From assembly GCA_951406725.2 (NCBI GenBank), contig OX597821.1, positions 80,352,001 to 80,416,000 of the forward strand: DNA of 64,000 bases. Direction: 5' to 3'. Source of the stretch: Octopus vulgaris. Lineage: Eukaryota. This document shows positions 42,759 through 54,800 of the stretch, piece by piece; within the stretch, counting starts at the first letter, position 1; the number at the start of each line of letters is the position of its first letter. The translations under genes were made by a program, and so were the position numbers. The notes beneath the pieces are model-generated. The model saw only the letters and a list, made by a program, of their open reading frames with translations, made no database searches and was not told the DNA's origin.

Positions 42759-43363
42759 CATATGCATATGTAAGTATCTATGTGTGTGTGTGTGTGTGTG
42801 TCTCAGTGTCTGCGTTTGTCACTCTGTTGCTTGACAACAAATGTTGGTTTGTTTGTGTCCCCGTCACTTTCAGCAAAAGAGACTGATAAAATAAGTTGCA
42901 AATCGCAAAAATAAAATAACTACTGGGGGTCGAATTGTTTCACTAAAAGCCCCAACAATGCGGTGCTCCAGCATGGTCGCAGTCCAACAGCCTGAAACAA
43001 CTTTTAAGAAAGACATACGATAAAACAATACCTAAATAACTAAGCTTCTTCAATTGCTTATTCCTTATTGATCCCTTGAGGACATGACCTAGTGAGTGAA
43101 TTTGGCGAACGGAAACTGTGTGGAAGTCTCTCGTATATACATATATGTGAGTGTGTGTTCGTGTGTTTCTCTATGAGTGTGTGTGCATGTGTACACATAT
43201 GTACGTATATAAGTATGTGTATATATATATATACATGTAGCTTGCTTACCAACCACATGGTTCTGGGTTCAGTCCCACTGCGTGTCACCTTGGGCAAGTG
43301 TATTCTACTATAGCCACGGGCCGACGAAAGCCTTGTGAGTGGATTTGATAGACGGAAACTGGA

Positions 43364-43398
<35 letters not shown>

Positions 43399-43665
43399 GT
43401 ATATGTATATCTATATGTTCGTGTGAGTTTGTGTGTCTGTGTTTGTCCCCCCAACATCTCTTGACAACCGATGCTGGTGTGTTTACGTCCCCGTAACTTA
43501 GCGGTTCGGCAAAAGAGACCGATAGAATAAGTACTAGGCTTACAAAGAATAAGTCCTGGCGTCGATTTGCTCGACTAAAACACGGTGTTCCAGCATGGCC
43601 GCAGTCAAATGACTGAAACAAGTAAATGAGTAAATGAGTAAAAGAGTGTGTATATATATGCTCAC

Positions 43666-43712
<47 letters not shown>

Positions 43713-44044
43713 CATATGCATATGTAAGTATCTATGTGTGTGTGTGTGTGTGTGTCTCAGTGTCTGCGTTTGTCACTCTGTTGCTTGACAACAAATGTTG
43801 GTTTGTTTGTGTCCCCGTCACTTTCAGCAAAAGAGACTGATAAAATAAGTTGCAAATCGCAAAAATAAAATAACTACTGGGGGTCGAATTGTTTCACTAA
43901 AAGCCCCAACAATGCGGTGCTCCAGCATGGTCGCAGTCCAACAGCCTGAAACAACTTTTAAGAAAGACATACGATAAAACAATACCTAAATAACTAAGCT
44001 TCTTCAATTGCTTATTCCTTATTGATCCCTTGAGGACATGACCT
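42134..44044 (+). repeat. 954-bp near-perfect tandem duplication containing several SINE A pieces
   Basis: Copies start at 42134 and 43088; cct microhomology at the junctions; at least one substitution in a CA tract. Confidence 0.95.
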
Positions 44045-44616
44045 CTGACCTTCCTAATTATTCCAATTAGAAAACCAAAGCATATAAGTATCTATAACAT
44101 TTTAAACTCAACTCTTCGAGCTATCCTTTCTTAAGTTTCCTATCATTCACTGATTTACTTATTAAATCAGTTTTATTTCGTAGGTTGCTGTTGTTGTTTA
44201 TTGTTGTTTTTTTATTTTACTTTTTTTCTCAATAAAATCTCTCTCATTAGTTAGATTTCAGATAATCTATAGGAAGATTGAATTTCCTATCAGGGCGCTA
44301 CATGTTTTCTCATCCATGAGAACATTTCTTTTCTTATCTTAACGGAGTTTCATTTTACATCACTGATGTTAGTTTTATTTACACATTTGGAGCAAGGTTG
44401 ATTCAATCTGACCAAAGACATATACACATATATGTATGCGTGTGTGTGCGTTTGTATGTGTGTCTGCATGTATATATATATATATACATATATATGTATA
44501 TCTATGTGTATATATGTATGTTTATATGTATATAGATGTATGTATATACATATATTTATATACGTATATATATATATATATGTATGCATATATACATATA
44601 TGTCTATATATATTTG

Positions 44617-44652
<36 letters not shown>

Positions 44653-45313
44653 CATATATATATACATATATATATATGTATGTATATATACATATATATA
44701 TGTATATATGTATATACATGTATATGTGTATGCATATATACATACATACATATACATATATATGCTTTATATGTTTATATATGTATGTATATAACATAAA
44801 TAGAAATTCTACCCTAATGTAATGCATACCCTAAATAAAACCAGTCTTTTCTCGTCAGTAATTTGCACAAATATCCCCCTTTTTATCTCACCTTATTTAT
44901 TCGAATGCTATCTATACGTCTGTCGTACTGGCTATCCAGTCGAGCATCAAAATATTTTCCATCAGTGTACTATAGGAAAACAGTGTTTTCAGCTCTCCGT
45001 ATTTTCCCAGTCGACTTAAAGCTATCAGAGATCATCTTTAGAGGAAGTTGTGAACTGTGTCAGCTGAAATGTCAGAAGGAGAACAAAAAGAAAACAAAAT
45101 TTAACGAACAAGAAAAGGTTCATTTGAGAGCTACATTCAATCGTCAAATATATAGGAATCGCCAGGCGCACGCGCGCGCATGTATAATGTTCTGTTCTGT
45201 ACATTATTAAAAAGAAGGTGGCAGTCAGATTTTGGATGATTCTTCATGGGCGTTTGCGTTCGTTAACCGAACTCTTAGTTGTCTTACTTGTCTATCTATC
45301 TATCTATCCATCC

Positions 45314-45364
<51 letters not shown>

Positions 45365-45450
45365 CATCCATCTATCTATCTATCTATCAGTCTATCCATC
45401 TATCTATCTATCTATCCATCTATCTATCTATCTATGTATCTATCTATCAG

Positions 45451-45559
<109 letters not shown>

Positions 45560-46191
45560 ATATCTATCTATCTATCTATCTATCTATCAGTCTATCTTTC
45601 AATCAGTCTGTATGTCTGTATGGTTTTTATATCAACCTATGAATTTTTCAATTTTTCTATCAATATCTTCCTCTCACACTCTCCTTTTCTCACTCTCATT
45701 CACTCTCTCTCTCTCTCCCCCTCTCACTAACTATCTAATCCTCTAATCTATCTATCTATCTATCTATCTATCTACCTACCTACCTATCTATGTCCGTCTA
45801 TGTCTATTTTTCTCTCTGTCCATTCGTCTACCCGAGCCATTCAGCCACGTGTTTATTCGACCATCCAACGTAGCCATGCACAACTACACAATCTCCTCTC
45901 GCCAAACGGAATACCAAAACAGATGAGACTATTGAAACAAGGGAGAATAAGTTACAAAAGAAACTGTGACAAGAATGTTGAAGCGTTAGCAATGCAAAAG
46001 ACACGGTGGCAATATTGACAATGCATTCTGTTAACAGTGCTGCAGGTGCGCAAAAGACAAGCAGAGGGAGCTTTGTGGGAAAGAAATTAGCCATGATGGT
46101 CACGAACTGCGTCCACCACGAATAATGTGGCTGTACAGCACTTAGACTGACAGTCAATCATTTCAATCAGTGATCAAGTAAAATCGCCCGT

Positions 46192-46222
<31 letters not shown>

Positions 46223-46623
46223 AACGCAAATGTGTACTCTCTTATATACATACATACAGTCGTATGTATGTGAGCATAGACACCCAGAGATGAATTTTCG
46301 CACACAGTAGCTAGGCATGTGAAGGTTAACGTGTTAGTAATATCTTATATCATTCGATTGTGGCCATGCTGGGGTATCGCATTGAATGGTTTAGTCGAAA
46401 AAATCAACTCCAGTTTTTTTTTTATTTCTGTCCGGTATTTTTTTTTTTTTTTTGGTCCCTTTTGCCGAAACCGCTAAGATACTGTGACATAAACAAACCG
46501 ACACTGGTTATTAATTGGTGAGGTTGACATACACAAACACAGACACACACACACACAAACACACAAACACACACACAAAGACACACACACACACACACAC
46601 AACCACACACGCGCGCTCGCATA

Positions 46624-47167
46624 TATGAGGGGATACTGAAATGTTCCTGGCTTTGGGTAAAAAAAAATATACAGGAGGATCAGTTAATTAAGATTTTATT
46701 CGTCCACGTAACATAGCAGTTCGGCAAAAAAGATCAATAGAATAAGTATTCAGCTTACAAAGAATATGTCCTGGGTAGATTTCTTTGCCTAAAAAAAAAC
46801 CCTCAAGGTGGTGCTCCAGCAGGGCTGTAGTCAAATGTCTGAAACAAGCAAAAGAATATTCCGGTCTCAGATTCACACACATTGCAGCCGTCCTTCAGTT
46901 TTTCCAAACCCTGGAAAAGAACAGTTCTATATTTAAGCGATGAGGAATTATGTACATTATTTATATTATTTACATTCAACGGATATTTGTCCTCATCTTG
47001 TTTGTTGTTAACACAACAAACAACTGTTAACAACAAACAAAATGAGGACAAATATCCGTCGAATGTAAATGATGTAAATAATGTCTGTAAAAGAACTCCG
47101 AAGATTGGACCTGCAACCAGGCTTTCGCGAAACCCTTAAAAACAGAAACTTTTCAGCACCCCTACGG
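46624..47167. mobile_element. Mariner-type MITE ends enclosing a SINE A tail and a fold-back
   Basis: Left tatgaggggatactgaaatgttcctgg, right gaaacttttcagcacccct; the right end matches the reverse complement of 36918-36980. Confidence 0.5.
46954..47084. repeat. 60-bp-arm inverted repeat with 11-nt loop
   Basis: Arms at 46954-47013 and 47025-47084 with a few mismatches. Confidence 0.9.
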
Positions 47168-47469
47168 ATATATTCGGTGGTCTTCCACACAGTTTCTGTC
47201 TACTAAATTTGCTCATAAAGCATTGATCGGCCTGAAGGGTAAAGTAGAAGACCAAGGTGTCAAGTAGCCGGTCTGAAGCCAAAATCACTTGGCAACAAAG
47301 CAACATATGATAGGAAAATGAGGGGGGAAAATCCCCCCAAAATTTCTATACTAATTCTAAAACGAAAGGAAAAAAATGTCTCAAAGTACAAAATGTCTAT
47401 CGATGACAAAATAAGTACTAGGGATTGATGGACATTAACCGTTTTCCGCATCGGCAGAAATCATTTAAG

Positions 47470-47822
47470 TCCCACTGTGTGTCCCCCTAGGTAAAGTGTC
47501 TTCTACTATAGCCTCGGGCCGACCAAAGCCTTGTGAGTGGATCTGGTACACGGAAACCGAAAGAAGACCGTCGTATATATGTATGTATTTATATATGTGT
47601 GTGTGTGTATATATGCGTTTCGTTGTTTGTCCCCCCAACATCACTTGACAACCGATGCTGGTGTGTTTACGTCCCTGTAACCTAGCGGTTCGGCAAAAGA
47701 GACCGATAGAATAAGTACTAGGCGTACAAAGAATAAGTCCTAGGGTCGATTTGCTCGACTAAAAGGCGGTGCTCCAGCAGGGCTACAGTCAAATGACTGA
47801 AACAAGTAAAAGAGTGAAATAG
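47470..47822 (+). mobile_element. SINE family A (5'-truncated)
   Basis: Core, internal microsatellite and 3' tail. Confidence 0.85.
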
Positions 47823-48134
47823 TATCTGTTTGTATTTTAACAACTACATTGTCATATGTATTCTCGGGTATTCTTTGTCGTAAAACGGTAAGGCTTGATA
47901 TGAAGGTTCGGCTGATGATTGTTGCAGGCCCAGTGACTATTTTGTAGTTCTGTATGTTTGTTTAATATTTATTAAATGACCTAAACACAATCTACGCCGC
48001 CTTTGCAAAATTTTATTGAGAGTTTATAGAATGGAGAAATACGAGGTTGTAACGATTATCGCATTGTTGTACACATTAATAGAGATGTAGAATTGGAATC
48101 AAACCCTAACCCCGGTTTCTAAGCGCTTCTGATG

Positions 48135-48560
48135 TCCTCGTCGTCGTTGTCGTTATCGTATCCCCGCATTGCATGGATAACACCACAACGACAGTTTTCC
48201 CGATTAAGCAAAATCTTTCCATCTGCCTTGCCACTCTTGTCGAACCAGCTTATGATATTATCCATCTATTGCGTTCTTTGTATGCCTCTTAATCCACTAC
48301 CTTTTACTCTTCCTTCCACTTTACTCTTTCTTCCACGATAATGTTTTCCAGACCTCTGCTTCTTCGAATATGGCCATAAAAGCTAAAGATTTTGTTTTCC
48401 CTTATTGTTCAGGAGTTGTTCTCTTGTGCGCCGTCCCTTGAAAAAGCCTCGTAACATTTTCCTGTACACTCACATTTCAAACACATTGATTACATTCTCT
48501 TCAAATTTGTTCAGAATCCATGCTTCGCAATCTTAAATGCTAAAAATGACAAACAATAAT
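48135..48560 (-). mobile_element. Decayed RTE-clade LINE 3' fragment
   Basis: LSFYGHIRRSRGLENIIVE..GRVKGSGLRGIQRTQ*MDNI; short (GAC)n tail. Confidence 0.65.
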
Positions 48561-49014
48561 TTCTCCATAGTGAATATGAACAGTGAGAATCAACAATTTA
48601 AAAAAATTTTCTACTCGTTTTAATGTTATAATTGTTTCATCCCTGATCGAATCAGACCAGTGATTCAAAGAATTTCCATTGTAACCACCAAATGTTTATT
48701 CCAGAGATACCCACGCTTACATTATCCAATGCGTCGTTTAGTTTTTAAAACAGTAGAATGTGGTTTCAGGTTAATTTGCTCGCAATTTCTTGTAGATATC
48801 GCAACTACGTTCTGGATACTGTTGATTTATTTCCCATAAAAGTGGTCTGGTGTTCTTGCGACAATTATTGGTATTGATTAAAGAGAGCATTTAATTACCC
48901 AATTTCTGTGTTGTTCCGGGAGTCACCAATTTCAAGATACGAATTCATCTCGAATCAGTCTTAGATATTCATACATGTATGCGTATATGTACATCCATAC
49001 AGCCAGCATACATA

Positions 49015-49172
49015 TAGGGAAAGTTTATGAAAAGAACAAAAGACGAAGACAGATGGTGTACAAAACAAACAGATGTATTAGTATAACGCTCAGGAATAGA
49101 ATAAGTCTTTTACGTTTTGAGCCTACGCTCTTCTACAGAAAGGGACACAGAAAAAACAAGGAGCGAAAAAGG
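49015..49172 (-). mobile_element. Family H2 element
   Basis: Minus strand gtcccttt CTGTAGAA GAGC gtag GCTC AAAA CG TA aaagac. Confidence 0.75.
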
Positions 49173-50792
49173 AGATACATACGTACATACATACATACAT
49201 ACATACATACATACATACATACATACGAACATACATACCTACATACATACATAAGACAGACAGACATACTATTGCGCAATAAGCTTATCTGCACACTGGA
49301 AGCAGGAGATATTCTGTAAATACTTTGCGTCTCTAACAAATGTTTGATGAAAATTACGATAAACCAAATGTTGGCCTCTGTCATTGGTCAGATTTTCACC
49401 AATGTCCCACCCTAGAATCGAAGTACTGGGATAGATTTTTAACTTCCTTGTTCCACGCCCTAAAAAAATATTCTTCGCTTACGACGTTTCGTGTACCCAT
49501 AGGTTTTTAATTATGTTCTCTCAAAACTCCCCTTGATTTCCATGTCGTCTCGTGAGAGATGCATTGGAAATATTTACGGAATATTTCCTGCATGCACATA
49601 ACGGTATTGCGCAGTTGCCTGTATGTATGTATGCAGGCCGTATGAATATATATACACACATGCACACACACATTCACGCACACACGTACACACACACATA
49701 TAACACACATGTATGTATATATTTTTATGTAAGAATAGGCCGACGATGATATAAATAAATATATCTCTCTATATATAAACGGCAGTTTGTCTGTGCGTGC
49801 TTCTGTGTGTCTGTTTTCTCGTACCCTCACCCTGACCACGGCTTTCAACCGATTCTGATGAAACTTGACACACACATAGCCCAATGTCATAATTCAAAAC
49901 TAACGCAGCGAAAATTTTGAAAAGTTCCCCCAGTTCTGAAATAAATTGATAAATTCGACATGGGGTCGAGAATCATAAACATGAACCACAGACTGTCTAG
50001 GGGACGCAACTCGAGAATCTAAGCTTTTTTTATGCAACGCATTATCTATGGTAGTTTTCACAACTTGCAATCGATTTTCACCAAACTCATGGTGAAGCTT
50101 AATGTTACCCTAAGAAACTCAATTCTGACGTTAGTTTTCCATGCAATACCTTACCATCAGAAACAATCGATAAAATCATGCCATTTTGGGAAATCGCGTT
50201 CAAATTCAAGATGACATATTTTCGACAATATCTTTCACAAATTGGCAGGAATCTTTTTTTTTTCACAACGAGTATCATGTCTGCTCCAAGGAGCCATATA
50301 GCCCTTTTTATTCCAATAGGATACATTATTGGAAAAAATCGGTTAATTTAATCATATGTGGCACACATAGCAAACAAATTTGTGTATTAAACACAAACCA
50401 GACTGTCTAGGGGACGCAACTTGACCTTTTTAGCTATCGATAATTCGATCCAACCAATTCCTACCAGGAAGAAATTACATTCGAGACTTTACCCCCAACA
50501 CCGCCACTTCTGCTAATAGCTGCTGCAGCCGCAAGTTATTCGAATACTTTTTTGGTTTAAACTTTCTTTATAACTACCACCCCAAACGTTTTACCTTCAA
50601 TTTTTGACGTACCCTAACGGTCCTCGGACGCTACTTGCAAACTCTTGGTTTATTATAAACCACTTTTGTCGTGTGCATCAAAAAACTTTTCCTTTCGTTT
50701 GTTCAGTTTGATCACTTTTGACTTTTTCGTTGTTGTCACTCACATTGCTGCCAGCTTTTTGGCCGTTTTTGTACATTTTTATACATTTTCGG

Positions 50793-50914
50793 ATACTTAC
50801 CCCACGAGCTCCTTTTTATTACACCTTTACCAAACACATTGCTATCCACCAAAATACTTACCCCACGTGTTCCTTTTTATTACACCTTTGCCAAACACAT
50901 TGCTATCCACCAAA
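50793..50914 (+). repeat. Two 61-bp tandem units immediately upstream of the Helitron ATG
   Basis: atacttaccccacg..tcctttttattacaccttt.ccaaacacattgctatccaccaaa occurs twice (50793, 50854). Confidence 0.9.
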
Positions 50915-51874
50915 ATGCCACCCAAGAAGAGAAGGACCCTCCTCAGCCCTCGGACGGCCAAGGCATCGGCTGCTAGGGCTAGAAGGGCACGCGAGACCCA
51001 CGAGGAAACCGCCTTGCGCCTCTCGCAAACAGCTTCCCGTTATGCCGCTGCTCAGGCATCTGAAACTACTAGCGACCGTTCTACCCGACTTGCAAGGGTC
51101 GCAGCGTACAGATCTTCCCTCCGCTCGAGGTTGACGAAAGAGCAACAGTCCAGCCAAAACATGCGGGCTTCTTACTGTGCTTCCATCCGCAGAGCTCGCG
51201 AGAACCACGAACAAAGGGCCATTCGGAATGCGGCTAACGCCACTAGCACTGCCAGGACACGATCTGTCGAAACCTCACAGCAGAGGAGAACTCGCCAAGA
51301 TGCTGACGCCGCAAACAAAGCCATGGCCAAAGCTGCCGAAACACCTCAACAGAGGAGAGCTCGCCAAGCTGCTAACGCCGCAAACACAGCCAGGGCTCGA
51401 TCTGCCGAAACTCCACACCAACGGACTATTCGGACATCCAGACATGCCATTAACATTGCTTCTGCTAGGGCTTCAGAGGGTGCTGAGGCGAGAGCTGAAA
51501 GGCTTTCAAGGGATGCCACTGCTACCGCTGTCGCACGTGCATCTGAATCTGCTGAGGCACGGTGCACTCGACTTGAGAGTATCAACAAACGTCGGGATAT
51601 CATTCGTGGTGTACGTACCCCTGCCCCCGCTTTCTGGTTGTCACTAGCATTCAACTACGACGCCACAATTAACTTCTCCTTGCGTGACGACATCAAGATA
51701 GGGTCAATGACAATTGTATGCCAGTTTTGCAAAGCCAAGAAATGGCCCGGAGAGCCACCTGGTTTGTGCTGCTCTGGTGGCAAAGTGGACCTGCCACCCC
51801 TACGGGAACCACCTCAACCACTGAAGGATCTCGCGGCGGGTTTAACCCCGATTCGTCACAATTCCTTGAAATAA
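50915..51874 (+). CDS. Helitron RepHel N-terminal part: NLS-like PPKKRR, ~23-aa STPR-like repeats, Zn finger
   Basis: ETPQQRRARQAANAANTARARSA-type repeats; CQFCKAKKWPGEPPGLCCSGGKV. The ATG at 50915 is more plausible than the TTG at 50645. Confidence 0.85.
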   Translation: MPPKKRRTLLSPRTAKASAARARRARETHEETALRLSQTASRYAAAQASETTSDRSTRLARVAAYRSSLRSRLTKEQQSSQNMRASYCASIRRARENHEQRAIRNAANATSTARTRSVETSQQRRTRQDADAANKAMAKAAETPQQRRARQAANAANTARARSAETPHQRTIRTSRHAINIASARASEGAEARAERLSRDATATAVARASESAEARCTRLESINKRRDIIRGVRTPAPAFWLSLAFNYDATINFSLRDDIKIGSMTIVCQFCKAKKWPGEPPGLCCSGGKVDLPPLREPPQPLKDLAAGLTPIRHNSLK

Positions 51875-54800
51875 TTCGAAAGTACAACTGCTCATTCCAA
51901 ATGACCTCTTTCGGGGCCAAAATTCCTCCCAGAGAAGGCTGGATGCCTACTTTCAAAGTGCAGGGACAGGTCTACCATCTTATTGGGTCACTTCTGCCGG
52001 ACGAGATTCAGCAGTCTTCTTTCCTCCAAATATACTTCATTGCCGACTACAACCACCAGGTTGATGCACGCCTTGGAATAATACCGGGTACAAGCTATGT
52101 TCCCCGCAAAGACATTCTTCTCCGTCTCCAAACCATGCTTCATGATATCAACAGCTACGTCTGCAGCTTCAGATATGCCTTGGACAGTGCTCCATCTCCA
52201 AACTTCACCGTTGTCATTGATGCTGATAAACGACCCCACGGGGAGCACGAACGCCGTTTCAACGCACCTGCGTGCAACGAAATTGCCGCAGTTATACACG
52301 GAGAGCAACACAACAGCCGTGACATAATCATCTCCTCCCGTGGTAACAACCTACACAGGATCAGCGAGACTCACAGATCTTATGACGCGCTTCAGTATCC
52401 ATTGCTTTTCCCTTATGGGGAAGACGGCTACCACTTCGGAATTCCTTTACGGCAGCCCTCCAATCAAACTACTGCGGCATCAAAGACGGTTTCCTGCAGG
52501 GCGTTCTACTCATACCGGTTCATGGTCAGGGAGGGTGAGTTCAACTTATTGCCCCGTTGTCGTCAGCTATTCAACCAGTTCGCCGTCGACATGGCCGCAA
52601 GAATGGAATCGGAAAGGCTGCTATACATTAAACTTAATCAGACCAAACTTCGCTCCGACTCCTACATTCATCTCCGTGACGGTTTGCAACAAGAAAATGA
52701 CCCTCGCAACATCGGCAAGCCATGCATTCTACCCTCCACCTTCACGGGAGGACCGCGATATATGCGTGAAAGGACCCAAGACGCCTTGACCTACGTGCGC
52801 ATTTACGGCCGGCCGGACCTCTTTATCACCTACACGTGCAATCCCAGCTGCGACGAAATCACTCGCGAACTCCTCCCGGGTCAATCTCACACCCATCGAC
52901 ACGACATCGTTGCTAGGGTTTTCCGTCTGAATTTGGGCAAAATGAAGGATTTGATAGTTAAGGGTCAGATTTTCGGGCATGTCAGGTGCCACATGTTTTC
53001 GGTCGAGTGGCAAAAGAGGGGCTTGCCACATGCTCACATCTTAATTTGGCTCACTCATAAAATCGAGACTAATGACATTGACAAATTCATTTCTGCCGAG
53101 ATTCCTGACCCCGATGAGGACCCCGGACTCTACGAAATTGTCCGCACTACCATGGTACACGGGCCCTGTGGACCAAATTACGCCAACACACCATGCTACA
53201 AAAACGGATTAGCCTGCTCAAAGGGATTCCCTAAACGGTTCACTTTGGAGACTCAAACAGGCGGCGATGGGTATCCGCTGTACAAACGAAGGAGTCCAGC
53301 CAATGGAGGCCGCACGATTACGGTTGGGCGACATCAAGTGGACAACAGCTACATTGTCCCCTACTGTCCTCTCCTGTCGAAGATATTCAAAGCCCACGTC
53401 AACGTTGAGTTCTGCAGCTCCATCAGGTCAATACAATATGTCTGCAAATATATCAACAAAGGCAGCGATGCTGCCATGTTCAGCATCCAGAGGACCACCA
53501 GTCGCGACGAAGTGTCCAACTACTTGGCTGGCCGGTACCTCAGCAGCAACGAAGCGTTTTGGCGCATTTACGGCTTCCCGCTCCATCAGAGACACCCGGC
53601 TGTGGTGCAGCTTGCTGTACACTTGGAAAATGGACAGCGGATTTACTTCACAGAGCAAAGTGCTGTGCAGATAGCCACCAGCCCTAAAGACACAACGTTG
53701 ACTGGTTTCTTCAAATTATGCCAACGTGATGACTTCGCTCGAACGCTTTTGTACCCACAGGTCCCATCGTACTTCGTGTGGTCTAAAAACACCTGGGTTC
53801 GACGGAAATCCGGCAAAAACGTCGAAAGCTTCCCAGGCGTCAAGTTTGACTCCTGCCTGGGTCGAGTTTACAACATCCCGCCAAACCAGCAAGAATGCTT
53901 CTACCTCCGTCTCCTTCTACATGAGGTCACTGGTCCAACAGGTTTCGCCAATATACGTACCGTCAATGGGGTTCTGTGCGACACCTTCAGGGAAGCATGT
54001 ATGAGACTTGGCCTTCTAGAGGATGACTCCCAGTGGGACGCCACGATGGCAGAGGGTGCTTTACTGCAAACGCATTCGGCCCTACGACATCTTTTCGCAA
54101 TCCTTCTTCAAAAATGTCAGCTTAGTGATCCACTAAGTCTCTGGATGAAATACAGGGATGACATGTCGCACGACTTCTTACGTACGGCTCAGCAACACTG
54201 CCCTTCCGCCGAGATCACGTTCACCAACTTCATTTACAATTTTGCGCTCATTCAACTCGAAGACGCTGTCATCGATATGGGTGGGTCTGCTTTAACAGAG
54301 TACGGCCTTCCACCACCCACACGTGAACACGCCAATGTTATGTCTGCTGAATTGTTACGCGAAACTTCCTACTGCATTGAGGAACTGCACCAGTACGTCC
54401 AAGATAATGAACCACGACTGCTTCCAGACCAGCGCATAGCCTACAACACCATCGTAGACTCTGTCAGACAGCAACGTGGGGGGATTTTCTTCCTTGATGC
54501 ACCCGGCGGCACTGGCAAAACCTTCGTCACTAAACTAATTCTGGCGGAGGTCAGACGCAACACGGACATTGCCCTGGCTGTAGCTTCCTCTGGTATCGCG
54601 GCCACGTTGCTTCCGGGTGGCAGAACCGCCCACTCTGCCTTCAGACTCCCGCTCGATCTGGCAAAGTCCGAGTCACCTATCTGCAACATCGCCAAGAACT
54701 CAGAACAGGCCGACATTCTGCGCAGATGCAAACTCATCGTATGGGACGAGTGCACTATGGCACACAAAGGCGCCCTTGAGGCACTGGACAGGTCCCTGCA

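Noticed and set aside
45830-46190. Unique-looking segment as a possible host exon (also 7420-7830, 61700-61930)
   Set aside because: No recognisable protein similarity or convincing splice-bounded ORF; cannot be supported without RNA-seq.
50645-50914. Hydrophobic N-terminal extension of the 409-aa ORF
   Set aside because: It starts at TTG and runs through T-rich UTR and a tandem repeat; the ATG at 50915 is the plausible start.
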